64,000 nucleotides of DNA from an uncultured Clostridia bacterium (GCA_964447805.1 CAYUTQ010000003.1:2402-66401); one strand, 5' to 3'. Shown: positions 30,123-41,069, counted from the stretch's first letter. Program-made: numbers and translations. Notes: a model not told the origin generated them from the sequence alone.

Positions 30123-30863
30123 ATGAAGGGTGAATACATTGTTGGAAGAAATCCAGTACTAGAAATATTAAAATCAAATAGAAAAATTAAAAAAATGCTA
30201 GTGTCCAAAGGGGAATTGAAGGGTTCCATAAACAATATAGTGAAGATTGCTAAAGAAAAAAATATTTTCGTGGAATATGTCAGTAAAGATAAATTGGACA
30301 AAATTTCCAATGAAAGTGTTCATCAAGGTGTAGCAGTTTTAGTTTCATTTTATGAGTATTCTAGTATTGAACAAATTTTGGAAAGAGCAAAAACATTAAA
30401 AGAAGATCCTTTTGTAGTAATTCTTGATGAAATAGAAGATCCCCATAATTTGGGTTCTATTATTCGTTCAGCAGAAGGAGCGGGGGCTCATGGTATAATA
30501 ATACCTAAGAGAAGATCTGCAGCTGTCAATCAGACAGTAGTCAAAACATCTGCAGGTGCTACTGAGCACATACTTATTAGTAGAGTTACTAATATTACTG
30601 ATACAATTATTGATCTAAAGAATTATGGGCTTTGGATTTTTGGAGCAGATATGTCAGGAAATGATTATTATTTTAATTTAGATTTAAAAGGCCCTATATG
30701 TGTAGTCATAGGTAATGAAGGCAAGGGAATTTCTAGGTTGGTAAAGGAAAATTGCGATTTTTTAGTTAAGATTCCTATGTTGGGTGATATATCTTCTCTA
30801 AATGCGTCTAATGCTGCCTCTATATTGTTGTATGAAGTGGTAAGGCAACGATATGGAATGTAA
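30123..30863 (+). CDS. rlmB: 23S rRNA (guanosine-2'-O)-methyltransferase RlmB (SpoU/TrmH family)
   Basis: N-terminal substrate-binding domain plus SpoU motifs (DPHNLGSIIRSAEGAG, VIGNEGKGIS). ATG 30123 lies 8 nt after AAGGAG. Confidence 0.9.
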   Translation: MKGEYIVGRNPVLEILKSNRKIKKMLVSKGELKGSINNIVKIAKEKNIFVEYVSKDKLDKISNESVHQGVAVLVSFYEYSSIEQILERAKTLKEDPFVVILDEIEDPHNLGSIIRSAEGAGAHGIIIPKRRSAAVNQTVVKTSAGATEHILISRVTNITDTIIDLKNYGLWIFGADMSGNDYYFNLDLKGPICVVIGNEGKGISRLVKENCDFLVKIPMLGDISSLNASNAASILLYEVVRQRYGM

Positions 30864-31380
30864 AAATGGGAATTCTCAAGAATATTTATTTGTAGATGGT
30901 TATAATATAATAAATTCTTGGGATAATTTAAGAGAACTTAGTAAAATAGACCTAGATACTGCAAGAAATGAATTAATAGATATTATGGTAGAATATCAGT
31001 ACTATACTGAAATTAAAGTTATTGTAGTTTTTGATGCACATTTAGTTAAAGGAAATAGTGGGAAAAAAGATAATATTAAAGGTGTAGAGGTAGTTTATAC
31101 GAAGGAAAATGAAACTGCAGATCAATATATTGAAAGAACTTTGGATAGTATTGGGAGAATTAAAAAAATTAGAGTTGCTACATCAGATTGGATGGAACAA
31201 CAAGTAGTATTGGGGAGAGGTGGAACAAGAATATCTGCACGAGAATTAGAGGCTGAAATAGCAAGTAAGAAAAATTATATAAAAAATAAAAGAAAAAAAG
31301 ATAATGAAAGGAATGATTTGATTATTGGCAGATTAGATGAGGAAACTATTAAAAAATTGAAAAAATGGTCAAAAGATTAG
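30853..31380 (+). CDS. yacP: NYN-domain ribonuclease YacP/Rae1 family
   Basis: LFVDGYNIINSW and VVFDA motifs. It occupies the position between rlmB and sigH, as in Bacillus. Confidence 0.85.
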   Translation: MECKNGNSQEYLFVDGYNIINSWDNLRELSKIDLDTARNELIDIMVEYQYYTEIKVIVVFDAHLVKGNSGKKDNIKGVEVVYTKENETADQYIERTLDSIGRIKKIRVATSDWMEQQVVLGRGGTRISARELEAEIASKKNYIKNKRKKDNERNDLIIGRLDEETIKKLKKWSKD

Positions 31381-31387
31381 TATAGCC

Positions 31388-31416
31388 TTGACTATTAATA
31401 GATATTAAATTATAAT
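31388..31416 (+). promoter_or_regulatory. Sigma-A type promoter of sigH
   Basis: TTGACT (31388-31393), 17-nt spacer, TATAAT (31411-31416). Confidence 0.75.
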
Positions 31417-31468
31417 CTAGTTAATTGAAGCGGACTTGTGATTTTGAATATTTTGGAGGGGATGCTTG

Positions 31469-32116
31469 GTGGGTTTAAGTGTATATGATGAATTAGACAC
31501 TACACGGTTTGATGATATGAAAGATGAGGATATCGTTGAAGCAGCAAGAAATGATGATCCTCAAGCATTAGAGTATTTGATAAAGAGATATAAAAATTTT
31601 GTAAGAATAAAATCGAGATCTTATTTTTTAATTGGAGCTGATAGGGATGATATAGTACAAGAAGGTATGATAGGTTTATACAAAGCTATTCGTGATTACA
31701 ATAGAGACAAGCTAGCTTCTTTTAAAGCTTTTGCAGAACTTTGTATTACTAGGCAAATTATTACTGCTATTAAAACTGCAACGAGGCAAAAACATATACC
31801 TCTTAATTCCTATGTATCATTAAATAAACCTATTTATGATGAAGAGTCTGATAGAACATTGTTAGATGTGCTATCGGGTGCTAAGATTACAGATCCTGAA
31901 GAATTAGTTATTAGTAGGGAAGAATTGTACCATATGGAAAATAAAATAGGAGAAATACTTAGTGATCTAGAATGGGAAGTATTAAATGCTTATTTGGAAG
32001 GAAAAACTTATCAAGAAATATCTGTAGAATTGGATAGACATGTGAAGAGCATAGATAATGCATTACAAAGGGTAAAAAGAAAGTTAGAAAGGTATTTAGA
32101 ATTGAGAGAAGTTTAA
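31469..32116 (+). CDS. sigH: RNA polymerase sigma factor SigH
   Basis: Sigma-70 region 2 (DIVQEGMIGLYKAIRDY) and region 4 HTH. Bacillus-like position before rpmG-secE-nusG. The start is GTG 31469 or TTG 31466, after GGAGGGG. Confidence 0.9.
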   Translation: MGLSVYDELDTTRFDDMKDEDIVEAARNDDPQALEYLIKRYKNFVRIKSRSYFLIGADRDDIVQEGMIGLYKAIRDYNRDKLASFKAFAELCITRQIITAIKTATRQKHIPLNSYVSLNKPIYDEESDRTLLDVLSGAKITDPEELVISREELYHMENKIGEILSDLEWEVLNAYLEGKTYQEISVELDRHVKSIDNALQRVKRKLERYLELREV

Positions 32117-32122
32117 TTATAG

Positions 32123-32152
32123 TTGACAAACTTGATAAAAAAATAGTAAAAT
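32123..32152 (+). promoter_or_regulatory. Sigma-A type promoter upstream of tRNA-Thr and tuf
   Basis: TTGACA (32123-32128), 18-nt spacer, TAAAAT (32147-32152). Confidence 0.6.
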
Positions 32153-32173
32153 AATTAACAGTAGTTAATGAAT

Positions 32174-32249
32174 GCCCATGTAGCTCAGTAGGTGGAGCAC
32201 TTGCATGGTAAGCAAGAGGCCACCGGTTCAAATCCGGTCATGGGCTCCA
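32174..32249 (+). tRNA. tRNA-Thr (anticodon GGT), CCA encoded
   Basis: Folded by hand as a 76-nt cloverleaf. Acceptor GCCCATG/CATGGGC, D stem GCTC/GAGC, anticodon stem CTTGC/GCAAG with loop ATGGTAA, T arm ACCGG-TTCAAAT-CCGGT, then TCCA. Confidence 0.92.
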
Positions 32250-32306
32250 ATATATTCAAAACAAAAGAAACATCTAACTAAGTTCTCTTATCATTAACTA
32301 ATATTT

Positions 32307-33533
32307 ATGATTAAGGAGGAATTAAAAAATGGGAAAAGCAAAATATGAAAGAACTAAACCTCATGTAAATATAGGAACAATAGGTCATGTTGACCATGGT
32401 AAAACAACATTAACAGCAGCAATAACAACAGTATTGAATTCAAGAAAAGGTTCTGGAGAGGTAATGAGTTATGAAAATATTGATAAGGCACCAGAAGAAA
32501 GAGAAAGAGGAATAACAATATCTACATCACATGTAGAATATGAAACAGAAAAACGTCATTACGCACACGTAGACTGTCCAGGACATGCTGACTATGTAAA
32601 GAACATGATTACAGGAGCAGCACAAATGGATGGTGCAATATTAGTAGTATCAGCAGCAGATGGTCCAATGCCACAAACAAGAGAACATATATTACTTTCA
32701 AGACAAGTAGGAGTACCAAATATAGTAGTGTTTTTAAACAAAGCAGATATGGTAGATGATGATGAATTAATAGAATTGGTAGATATGGAAGTAAGAGAAT
32801 TATTAAATGAATATGAATTTGACGGAGATAATGCAAAGATAATAGTAGGTTCAGCACTTAAGGCAATAGAAGAACCAGAAAGTGAATGGGGAGACAAAAT
32901 AATGGAATTAATGGATGCAATAGATGAAGAAATTCCAGAGCCAGAAAGAGAAACAGACAAACCATTCTTAATGCCAGTAGAAGATGTATTTTCAATAACA
33001 GGAAGAGGAACAGTAGCAACAGGAAGAGTAGAAAGAGGAGTACTTCATACAGGAGATGAAGTAGAAATAGTAGGATTACAAGATAAACCAAGAAAAGTAG
33101 TAGTAACAGGAGTAGAAATGTTTAGGAAGGTATTAGACGAAGCCCAAGCAGGAGATAATATAGGAGCATTACTTAGAGGAGTTCAAAGAGATGAAATAGA
33201 GAGAGGTCAAGTATTAGCAAAACCAGGAAGCATTACTCCACATACAAAATTTGAAGCAGAAGTATATGTATTAACAAAAGAAGAAGGAGGAAGACATACA
33301 CCATTCTTTGATGGATACAGACCACAATTTTTCTTTAGGACAACAGATGTAACAGGAAATATTGAATTAGAAGAAGGCGTAGAAATGGTAATGCCTGGAG
33401 ATAATGCTAAGTTTATAATAGAATTGATAACACCAGTAGCAATGGAAGAAGGTCTAAGATTTGCTATTCGTGAAGGTGGAAGAACTGTAGGAGCAGGAGT
33501 AGTTTCTAAAGTACTTGAATAGTAATTAAAAGA
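32307..33533 (+). repeat. 1227-bp duplicated segment (tuf plus 22 bp upstream and 11 bp downstream), copy 1
   Basis: Colinear with 48116-49342 at an offset of 15809. By eye I found a single difference: T at 32355 versus C at 48164, which is synonymous (Thr codon 9). Confidence 0.9.
32329..33522 (+). CDS. tuf: Elongation factor Tu (copy 1)
   Basis: 397 aa. [17 protein letters not shown] and NKAD motifs. The protein is identical to copy 2. Confidence 0.98.
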   Translation: MGKAKYERTKPHVNIGTIGHVDHGKTTLTAAITTVLNSRKGSGEVMSYENIDKAPEERERGITISTSHVEYETEKRHYAHVDCPGHADYVKNMITGAAQMDGAILVVSAADGPMPQTREHILLSRQVGVPNIVVFLNKADMVDDDELIELVDMEVRELLNEYEFDGDNAKIIVGSALKAIEEPESEWGDKIMELMDAIDEEIPEPERETDKPFLMPVEDVFSITGRGTVATGRVERGVLHTGDEVEIVGLQDKPRKVVVTGVEMFRKVLDEAQAGDNIGALLRGVQRDEIERGQVLAKPGSITPHTKFEAEVYVLTKEEGGRHTPFFDGYRPQFFFRTTDVTGNIELEEGVEMVMPGDNAKFIIELITPVAMEEGLRFAIREGGRTVGAGVVSKVLE

Positions 33534-33559
33534 CTGGGTCTTTTGACCTAGTCTTTTTT
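33531..33559 (+). terminator. Rho-independent terminator after tuf copy 1
   Basis: 10-bp stem AGACTGGGTC / GACCTAGTCT with loop TTTT, followed by TTTTTA. Confidence 0.85.
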
Positions 33560-33641
33560 AAAGTATTGTTTTATTTTTATGTACTTTTATCAATAATATA
33601 TGAACTTTGAACAAAATAGTTATAAAATAATTATGTTTTTA

Positions 33642-33670
33642 TTGACATAATATTTAATTTATGATAGTTT
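33642..33670 (+). promoter_or_regulatory. Putative promoter of rpmG-secE-nusG
   Basis: TTGACA (33642-33647), 17-nt spacer, TGaTAGTTT (extended -10 with the TAnnnT core). Confidence 0.45.
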
Positions 33671-33755
33671 ATATTAAGTAATGTTGTTAATAATAGGGTA
33701 GACCTAGAAATGATTACTGTTAATATATATACTAGAAATTCAGGAGGTGTCCGAA

Positions 33756-33905
33756 GTGAGAGATAACATAATATTAGAATGTACAGAATGTAAACAGAGA
33801 AATTATACTACATCTAAGAATAAGAGAAATAATAGCGAGAGAATAGAATTGAAAAAATATTGTAAATTTTGTAAGGCACATACTGTTCATAAAGAGACAA
33901 AGTAA
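33756..33905 (+). CDS. rpmG: 50S ribosomal protein L33 (zinc-binding form)
   Basis: Not in the ORF track (49 aa). GTG start lies 6 nt after AGGAGGTG. Translation is [49 protein letters not shown], with CxxC...CxxC. Confidence 0.93.
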   Translation: MRDNIILECTECKQRNYTTSKNKRNNSERIELKKYCKFCKAHTVHKETK

Positions 33906-33937
33906 TTTAGAATATGTATAGTTAGGATGTGAATTAT

Positions 33938-34150
33938 ATGTCAGCGGCTCAAACCAATACCAAAAAGAAAGGCAAGATGAGAACCTACTTTAGAGGTGTA
34001 AAAGCAGAAATAAAAAAAGTATTATGGCCTTCTAAAAAAGAATTAGCAAATTATACAGGTGTTGTAATATTTATCAGTGCTATAGTAGGTTTAGTAGTTT
34101 GGTTAATAGATATGGGAATACATCGTCTTTTATCATTGGTATTAAAGTAA
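33938..34150 (+). CDS. secE: Preprotein translocase subunit SecE
   Basis: Small protein with a single C-terminal TM helix (VVIFISAIVGLVVWLIDMGI) and an FRGVKAEIKKVLWPS motif. The track GTG 33929 is an alternative start. Confidence 0.9.
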   Translation: MSAAQTNTKKKGKMRTYFRGVKAEIKKVLWPSKKELANYTGVVIFISAIVGLVVWLIDMGIHRLLSLVLK

Positions 34151-34184
34151 TAAAGGAGGGAAGGACCATAGTATAGTTGGTCCT

Positions 34185-34742
34185 GTGTTTATGAAAAATA
34201 AAATGGAGAGCAGGGAAGAAAGAGCAAAAAAGGCCAAGTGGTATGTTGTTCATACTTATTCAGGTCATGAAAATAAAGTAAAGGCAAACATAGAAAAAAT
34301 GGTTGAAAATCGTGGTATGATTGATGATATTTTTGAAGTAGTAGTACCTACAGAGGAATATATAGACACAAAAGGTGGAAATAAAAAATTAAAAGAAAGA
34401 AAACTTTTCCCTGGATATGTAATTATTAAAATGATAATTAATGATGATTCATGGTATCTTGTTAGAAATACAAGAGGTGTAACTGGGTTTGTAGGGCCAG
34501 GTTCTAAGCCTGTTCCTTTAAGCTATGAAGAAGTCAAAGATTTAGGTGTACAGGAAACTAGTATACCTTCTATTGATTTAAAAGAAAAGGACTCAGTAAA
34601 AGTAATTTCAGGACCTTTTGAAAATTTCATGGGAACTGTTGAAAGCATTAATCTTGAGAAGAAGAAAGTAAAAGTATATGTATCTATGTTTGGAAGGGAA
34701 ACTTTAGTAGAATTAGATTTTGATCAAATAGCAAAACTTTAA
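34185..34742 (+). CDS. nusG: Transcription termination/antitermination factor NusG
   Basis: WYVVHTYSGHENKV NGN motif and a C-terminal KOW domain. The start is uncertain (GTG 34185, ATG 34191 or ATG 34203) and no clear SD is present. Confidence 0.93.
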   Translation: MFMKNKMESREERAKKAKWYVVHTYSGHENKVKANIEKMVENRGMIDDIFEVVVPTEEYIDTKGGNKKLKERKLFPGYVIIKMIINDDSWYLVRNTRGVTGFVGPGSKPVPLSYEEVKDLGVQETSIPSIDLKEKDSVKVISGPFENFMGTVESINLEKKKVKVYVSMFGRETLVELDFDQIAKL

Positions 34743-34818
34743 CATGCATATAAAGGCTAATAAGCTTTTGAATTAAATAGATTTTGAAGTGGCAATGGAA
34801 ATGAGGAGGTGGAATTAA

Positions 34819-35241
34819 ATGGCGAAGAAAGTTATAGCTGTAGTTAAATTACAAATTCCAGCTGGTAAGGCAACTCCAGCACCACCAGTAGGTACTGCAT
34901 TAGGGCCTCACGGTGTTAATATTATGCAATTTACAAAAGAATTTAATGCTAGAACTGCAGATCAAGCTGGAATGTTGATACCAGTTGTTTTAACAGTATA
35001 TCAAGATAGATCTTTTACATTTATTACAAAGACCCCACCTGTTTCGGTATTACTTAAAAAAGCAGCAGGTCTTGAATTAGGTTCTGGAGAGCCAAATAAA
35101 ACTAAAGTAGCAAAAATTTCAAAAGATAAAATCAAAGAAATAGCTGAAATAAAAATGCCTGATATAAATGCAGGTAGTATAGAAGCTGCTATGAGTATGG
35201 TAGAAGGAACAGCAAGAAGTATGGGAATTGTTGTAGAATAG
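34819..35241 (+). CDS. rplK: 50S ribosomal protein L11
   Basis: [29 protein letters not shown] signature. GAGGAGGTGG RBS. Confidence 0.97.
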   Translation: MAKKVIAVVKLQIPAGKATPAPPVGTALGPHGVNIMQFTKEFNARTADQAGMLIPVVLTVYQDRSFTFITKTPPVSVLLKKAAGLELGSGEPNKTKVAKISKDKIKEIAEIKMPDINAGSIEAAMSMVEGTARSMGIVVE

Positions 35242-35292
35242 TTAAAATATGTGGGAGGAATATCCGTTAGAACCACAAGGAGGTAATGAAAA

Positions 35293-36015
35293 ATGGCAAA
35301 AAGAGGCAAAAAATATGAAGAGAGTATAAAATTAGTAGATAGAGAGAAATTTTATGAACCAAAAGAGGCTATTGAATTGGTTCAAAAAACTGCCTATGCT
35401 AATTTTGATGAAACAGTTGAACTTTCAGTAAAATTAAATGTAGATCCAAAACATGCAGATCAATTAGTACGTGGAGCAGTAGTGCTTCCACATGGAACAG
35501 GTAAAACTAAAAAAGTATTAGTTTTTGCAAAAGGAGATAAGGTTAAAGAAGCAGAAGAAGCAGGTGCTGATTATGTAGGTGCTGAAGAAATGGCTGAAAA
35601 AATTCAAAAAGAAAATTGGTTAGATTTTGATGTAGTCGTAGCTACACCTGATATGATGCCAGTTGTAGGAAGATTGGGAAGAATTTTAGGACCTAAAGGA
35701 TTAATGCCAAATCCAAAGTCTGGAACTGTTACTTTTGAAGTTGGAAAGGCAGTAGAAGAGATAAAAGCAGGTAAGGTAGAATATAGAGTAGACAAAGCAA
35801 GTGTTATACATGTACCTATAGGAAAAGTTTCCTTTGGAACTAAGAAGTTAAGACAAAATTTTGCGACAATTATGGATGCAATAATAAAAGCTAGACCTGC
35901 AGCAGCAAAAGGTAAGTATCTAAAAAGTGTTGTATTAGCTAGTACAATGGGACCAGGAGTAAAAGTGAATTCTCAAAAAATAGTTGATGCATTAGTTGAC
36001 GATGAAGAAGAATAG
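35293..36015 (+). CDS. rplA: 50S ribosomal protein L1
   Basis: N-terminus MAKRGKKY and GPRGLMPNPK-type motif ([14 protein letters not shown]). Confidence 0.97.
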   Translation: MAKRGKKYEESIKLVDREKFYEPKEAIELVQKTAYANFDETVELSVKLNVDPKHADQLVRGAVVLPHGTGKTKKVLVFAKGDKVKEAEEAGADYVGAEEMAEKIQKENWLDFDVVVATPDMMPVVGRLGRILGPKGLMPNPKSGTVTFEVGKAVEEIKAGKVEYRVDKASVIHVPIGKVSFGTKKLRQNFATIMDAIIKARPAAAKGKYLKSVVLASTMGPGVKVNSQKIVDALVDDEEE

Positions 36016-36039
36016 TGGTAAAATAACTTGTGTTAAATG

Positions 36040-36154
36040 AATATATTAACCGTAGACAGTAGGAACCTTAGGGTTTAAAAATTCCTACCGAGGTGAACCA
36101 TAGATTATATATTTATAAAAATTATGGTCTCTCCGTGTCTACGGAGAGATTTTT
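36040..36154 (+). promoter_or_regulatory. Ribosomal protein L10 leader (rplJ leader) with attenuator terminator
   Basis: CCGTAGACAGTAGG...CCTACCGAGGTG helix typical of Firmicute L10 leaders. Terminator TCTCTCCGT / ACGGAGAGA (36128-36149) is followed by TTTTT. It lies directly upstream of rplJ. Confidence 0.8.
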
Positions 36155-36189
36155 GATTCCTGATCTTCATCTTAAAGGAGGTGGAACTA

Positions 36190-36726
36190 TTGAAAGAAAA
36201 AGTCCTTCAAGAGAAAAAAGCAATAGTTGAAGAGATAAAAGAAAAAATTAATGAATCTGAAGCTGTAGTGTTAGTTGATTACAGAGGCCTTAATGTAGAT
36301 GATTTGACAAAATTGAGGCAAGAATGTAGAGATGCAGGAGTAGATTATAAAGTATATAAAAATACTTTAATGAGATTTGCATTTAAAGATTCGGGATATG
36401 AGGATTTTAATAAGTATTTAATAGGACCTAATGCAGTAGCTTTTGGCTATGATGATCCAGTTGAGGCAGCAAAAATTACTTATAATTTTTCAAAGGATCA
36501 TGAAGAATTAGAAATTAAAGCAGGTATTGTAGATGGTAGAATTATTGATGTTGAAGAGGTAAAATCTTTGGCAAGTTTACCATCAAAAGAAGTTCTTATT
36601 GCTCAAGCATTAAGTGGCTTGAATGCACCAATAACTGGATTTGTAAATGTATTGCAAGGTAATATTAGAAATCTTGTATATGCGTTAAATGCTATTAAAG
36701 AAAAACAAGAAGCTCAAGAAGCGTAA
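36190..36726 (+). CDS. rplJ: 50S ribosomal protein L10
   Basis: Positioned before rplL, with L10 family sequence. TTG 36190 lies 6 nt after AAAGGAGGTG, and the track GTG 36181 lies inside the SD. Confidence 0.93.
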   Translation: MKEKVLQEKKAIVEEIKEKINESEAVVLVDYRGLNVDDLTKLRQECRDAGVDYKVYKNTLMRFAFKDSGYEDFNKYLIGPNAVAFGYDDPVEAAKITYNFSKDHEELEIKAGIVDGRIIDVEEVKSLASLPSKEVLIAQALSGLNAPITGFVNVLQGNIRNLVYALNAIKEKQEAQEA

Positions 36727-36752
36727 AAAATATTATATGGAGGGATTTTAAG

Positions 36753-37139
36753 ATGGCAAGTGAAAAAGTTCAAAATTTAATTGAAGAGGTAAAAAGTCTA
36801 ACTGTTTTAGAATTAGCTGAATTAGTAGAAGAATTAGAGGAAGAGTTTGGTGTTAGTGCTCAAGCACCTGTAGCAGTAGCTGCAGCAGGAGCAGCACCAG
36901 CAGAAGGTGAAGGAGCAGCTGAAGAAAAGAGTGAATTTGATGTAGTATTAGCAGAAATTGGTCAAGAAAAAATAAAAGTTATAAAAGTTGTTAGAGATAT
37001 AACTGGATTAGGTTTAAAAGAAGCTAAAGGATTAGTAGATAGTGCTCCAAAGGCAGTTAAAGAAGGAATTGCAAAAGAAGAAGCTGAAGAAATAAAGACA
37101 AAATTAGAAGAAGTTGGAGCAACTGTAGAATTGAAATAA
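36753..37139 (+). CDS. rplL: 50S ribosomal protein L7/L12
   Basis: Ala-rich hinge ([22 protein letters not shown]) and a conserved C-terminal domain ([22 protein letters not shown]). Confidence 0.97.
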   Translation: MASEKVQNLIEEVKSLTVLELAELVEELEEEFGVSAQAPVAVAAAGAAPAEGEGAAEEKSEFDVVLAEIGQEKIKVIKVVRDITGLGLKEAKGLVDSAPKAVKEGIAKEEAEEIKTKLEEVGATVELK

Positions 37140-37148
37140 TTGGTTTTA

Positions 37149-37178
37149 AAAAGGCTTCCATTTAAAAGGAAGCCTTTT
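37149..37178 (+). terminator. Terminator after rplL
   Basis: 11-bp stem AAAAGGCTTCC / GGAAGCCTTTT with an 8-nt loop. Confidence 0.7.
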
Positions 37179-37216
37179 AATATTCATAAAAAAGAATAAA
37201 TATATGAAAAAAATTC

Positions 37217-37245
37217 TTGACATCTTTACATATGTATGGTAATAT
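37217..37245 (+). promoter_or_regulatory. Sigma-A type promoter of rpoB-rpoC
   Basis: TTGACA (37217-37222), 17-nt spacer, TGgTAATAT (extended -10, 37237-37245). Confidence 0.7.
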
Positions 37246-37394
37246 ATTAAGATGCAATAATCGAAAAAGTGGATTAGTATAAAAAAAGATTTTTTGGTAA
37301 TATTAGAGAAGGTATAATATTTTTTGTAGGGAAAAATTACCGAAAGTGGAAATCACTTTTGGCTATTTTAGTTTTAATAAGGGGTGAATTTTGC

Positions 37395-40300
37395 ATGGTA
37401 CATCCTGTAACATTTGGAAGACGCACCAGGATGAGTTATTCAAGAATTGAAGAAGTAACAGAATTACCAGATTTAATTGAGGTTCAAAGAAGTTCTTATG
37501 AGTGGTTTTTAAATGATGGGCTTAAAGAAGTATTTGAAGATATTTCTCCAATACAAGATTATACAGGTAATTTGGTGTTAGAATTTGTAGATTACTATTT
37601 AGATGAAGAACCTAAATATACTGAAGAGGAATCAAAGGAGAAAGACGCAAGTTATTCTGCACCATTGAAGGCAAAAATTAGATTAATAAACAAAGAGACA
37701 GGAGAAGTAAAAGAGCAAGAAGTATTTATGGGTGATTTTCCATTAATGACTGAAAAAGGTACTTTTATTATCAATGGAGCTGAGCGAGTTGTTGTCAGTC
37801 AGTTGGTAAGGTCACCAGGAGTGTATTTTGATAAAGAAATTGATAAAGTTGGGAAGGATTTATATTCTGCAACAGTTATTCCCAATAGGGGTGCATGGTT
37901 AGAATATGAAACGGATTCAAATGGTATTGTTTATGTGAGAATTGATAGGACTAGAAAACTTACTATAACAACATTATTAAGAGCATTAGGTTATTCTGAT
38001 GATTCAGATATAATTGATTTGCTTGGAGAAACTGAAGAAGTTTTAAAAACATTAGAAAAGGATAATACCAAAAATCAAGAAGAAGCATTAATAGAAATAT
38101 ATAAGAGATTGAGACCAGGTGAACCTCCAACAGTAGAAAGTGCAAACACTCTTTTAAATAATTTATTTTTTGACTCTAGGCGTTATGATTTGGCGAAAGT
38201 CGGGAGATATAAATTTAATAAAAAGTTGGCTTTACGTGATAGAATAATAGGCAAAGAAGCAGCAAAAAATATAGTAGATGAAGAAACAGGAGAAATAATA
38301 GTAGAAGAAGGAGAAAAAATTAATAGAGAAAGAGCTTTATTAATAGAAAGTTTAGGAATAAACAAGGTAGATATAAAAGTTGAGGATGGACAAAAAGTTA
38401 GAGTGGTAGGAAACAATTTTGTTGATACAAATACATTTGATCTACCTTTTTCTTTCGAAAAATTAGGATTAAAAGAAAAAGTATACTATCCTATTATGAA
38501 AGAAATAATAGAAAACAATAAAGATTTAGAAGAGTTAAAAGAAGCTATAAAAGATAAAACAAGAGAATTATCTCCTAAACATATAATAATAGATGATATT
38601 ATTGCTAGTATAAATTATGAGTTTAATTTGTTTAATAATATTGGGTATGTTGATGACATAGATCATTTAGGAAATAGAAGACTTCGTTCAGTAGGAGAAT
38701 TGTTACAAAATCAATTTAGAATAGGTCTTTCTAGAATGGAAAGAGTAGTAAGAGAGAGAATGACTATTCAAGATGTTGATGTAGCTACACCACAAGCGTT
38801 GATTAATATTAGACCAGTAGTGGCGTCTATTAAAGAGTTTTTTGGTAGCAGTCAGTTGTCACAATTTATGGATCAAACAAATCCACTTGCAGAGTTGACC
38901 CATAAACGAAGGATGTCAGCTTTAGGGCCTGGCGGTTTAAGTAGAGATAGGGCTGGATTTGAAGTTAGAGATGTGCATCACTCTCATTATGGAAGAATGT
39001 GTCCAATTGAGACACCAGAAGGACCTAATATAGGGTTAATAACCTCTTTAACAACTTATGCAAGAATTAATGAATATGGTTTTATAGAAGCACCATATAG
39101 AAAAGTAGACAAAGAAAAAGGGATTGTGACAGAAGAAATAGAGTATTTGACTGCTGATGTAGAAGATGAATATATTATTGCTCAATCTAATGAAAAATTA
39201 GATGAGGAAGGTAGATTTATAAATAAAAGAGTAGTGGCTAGAGGGAAAAATGGAGTAATTGACATATATCCAAGCGATGAAGTGGATTATATGGATGTTT
39301 CACCTAAACAAATTGTATCGGTAGGCACATCTATGATACCTTTCCTTGAGAATGATGATGCTAATAGAGCTCTTATGGGGGCGAATATGCAACGTCAAGC
39401 AGTACCATTGATAAAATCAGAAGCACCAATTATTGGAACTGGAATTGAATATAAAGCAGCAAAGGATTCAGGTGTTGTAATTATTGCTAAAAATAGTGGA
39501 AAAGTAACAAAAGTAAGTTCAGATGAAATTTTAGTGAAAAGAGATTCTGATGAAAAAATAGATAGATATAAATTATTGAAATTTATCCGTTCCAATCAAG
39601 GAACATGTATAAATCATAGACCAATAGTTAGAGAAGGAGATAATGTAGAAAAAGGTGATGTAATCGCTGATGGCCCTAGTACTGATATGGGTGAAATTGC
39701 ATTGGGGAAAAATTTATTAGTAGCTTTTATGACATGGGAAGGTTACAATTTTGAGGATGCTATTTTGATAAGTGAAAAATTGGTTAAAGATGATGATTTA
39801 ACTTCTATTCATATAGAAGAATATGAATCAGAAGCAAGAGATACCAAATTAGGTCCTGAAGAGATTACAAGAGATATCCCCAATGTTGGAGATGATATGT
39901 TAAAGGATTTGGACGAACGAGGAATTATTCGTTTAGGAGCTGAAGTTAAGGCAGGAGATATATTAGTAGGAAAAGTGACACCAAAAGGTGAAACTGAATT
40001 GACAGCAGAAGAAAGACTTTTGAGGGCAATATTTGGAGAAAAAGCTAGAGAAGTTAGAGATACTTCATTGAGGGTACCCCATGGAGAAACAGGTATAGTT
40101 TTGGATGTAAAAATATTTTCTAGAGAAAATGGGGACGAACTCCAACCAGGAGTAAATCAAATGGTAAGAGTTTATGTAGCAACTAAGAGGAAGATAAGTG
40201 TTGGAGACAAAATGTGTGGACGTCATGGTAATAAAGGAGTTATATCTAGGATACTTCCTGAAGAAGATATGCCTTATTTGCCAGATGGTACACCTGTAGA

Positions 40301-40982
40301 AATAGTGCTAAATCCTTTAGGTGTTCCTTCTAGAATGAATTTAGGTCAAGTTCTTGAGGTTCATTTAGGATTAGCAGCTAAAAAACTTGGCTGGAAAGTT
40401 GCTACTCCAGTATTTGATGGGGCAAATGAGCAAGATATAGTAACCGCATTAAAAGATGCAGGTTATCCCGTAAACGGTAAAATATGGTTAAGGGATGGTA
40501 GAACAGGAGAATATTTTAATAATTCTGTTACTGTAGGTTATATGTATATGTTAAAATTACATCATCTTGTTGATGATAAAATACATGCAAGGTCTACTGG
40601 GCCTTATTCTTTGGTAACACAACAGCCTTTAGGTGGAAAAGCCCAATTTGGAGGACAAAGATTTGGAGAAATGGAAGTTTGGGCTTTGGAAGCTTATGGA
40701 GCAGCTCATACATTACAAGAAATACTAACAGTAAAATCTGATGATGTAGTAGGAAGAGTAAAAACTTATGAGGCTATTGTAAAAGGAGAGAATATACCAG
40801 AACCAGGAATTCCAGAATCTTTTAAGGTATTAATAAAAGAACTACAAAGTCTAGCTTTAGATGTAAAAGTATTAACAGAAGAAGAAAGTGAAATAGAGAT
40901 AATAGAATCAACAGATGATGATATTGAAGATATTGAATTAGTAGAGGAAGATATATTAGATGATAAAAAAGCTATGAAATAA
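37395..40982 (+). CDS. rpoB: DNA-directed RNA polymerase subunit beta
   Basis: RpoB over its full length (for example the [17 protein letters not shown] motif). ATG 37395 follows the AAGGGGTG RBS. The track start at 37359 adds 12 unsupported residues. Confidence 0.97.
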   Translation: MVHPVTFGRRTRMSYSRIEEVTELPDLIEVQRSSYEWFLNDGLKEVFEDISPIQDYTGNLVLEFVDYYLDEEPKYTEEESKEKDASYSAPLKAKIRLINKETGEVKEQEVFMGDFPLMTEKGTFIINGAERVVVSQLVRSPGVYFDKEIDKVGKDLYSATVIPNRGAWLEYETDSNGIVYVRIDRTRKLTITTLLRALGYSDDSDIIDLLGETEEVLKTLEKDNTKNQEEALIEIYKRLRPGEPPTVESANTLLNNLFFDSRRYDLAKVGRYKFNKKLALRDRIIGKEAAKNIVDEETGEIIVEEGEKINRERALLIESLGINKVDIKVEDGQKVRVVGNNFVDTNTFDLPFSFEKLGLKEKVYYPIMKEIIENNKDLEELKEAIKDKTRELSPKHIIIDDIIASINYEFNLFNNIGYVDDIDHLGNRRLRSVGELLQNQFRIGLSRMERVVRERMTIQDVDVATPQALINIRPVVASIKEFFGSSQLSQFMDQTNPLAELTHKRRMSALGPGGLSRDRAGFEVRDVHHSHYGRMCPIETPEGPNIGLITSLTTYARINEYGFIEAPYRKVDKEKGIVTEEIEYLTADVEDEYIIAQSNEKLDEEGRFINKRVVARGKNGVIDIYPSDEVDYMDVSPKQIVSVGTSMIPFLENDDANRALMGANMQRQAVPLIKSEAPIIGTGIEYKAAKDSGVVIIAKNSGKVTKVSSDEILVKRDSDEKIDRYKLLKFIRSNQGTCINHRPIVREGDNVEKGDVIADGPSTDMGEIALGKNLLVAFMTWEGYNFEDAILISEKLVKDDDLTSIHIEEYESEARDTKLGPEEITRDIPNVGDDMLKDLDERGIIRLGAEVKAGDILVGKVTPKGETELTAEERLLRAIFGEKAREVRDTSLRVPHGETGIVLDVKIFSRENGDELQPGVNQMVRVYVATKRKISVGDKMCGRHGNKGVISRILPEEDMPYLPDGTPVEIVLNPLGVPSRMNLGQVLEVHLGLAAKKLGWKVATPVFDGANEQDIVTALKDAGYPVNGKIWLRDGRTGEYFNNSVTVGYMYMLKLHHLVDDKIHARSTGPYSLVTQQPLGGKAQFGGQRFGEMEVWALEAYGAAHTLQEILTVKSDDVVGRVKTYEAIVKGENIPEPGIPESFKVLIKELQSLALDVKVLTEEESEIEIIESTDDDIEDIELVEEDILDDKKAMK

Positions 40983-41069
40983 ATTTTAAATTGTTACTAG
41001 CAAAGAGAATATAGATGATTATTAATTTTAATATTTAAGAATTCTATTATAGAAAGGAGAGAAAGCTCC

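Noticed and set aside
32592-33091. Minus-strand track ORFs inside tuf (32592-32960, 32609-32857, 32858-33091) and their duplicates at 48401-48900.
   Set aside because: They are antisense to a certain EF-Tu gene. Their translations are low-complexity (Leu/Ser/Ile-rich), they lack an RBS, and they are duplicated only because tuf is duplicated.
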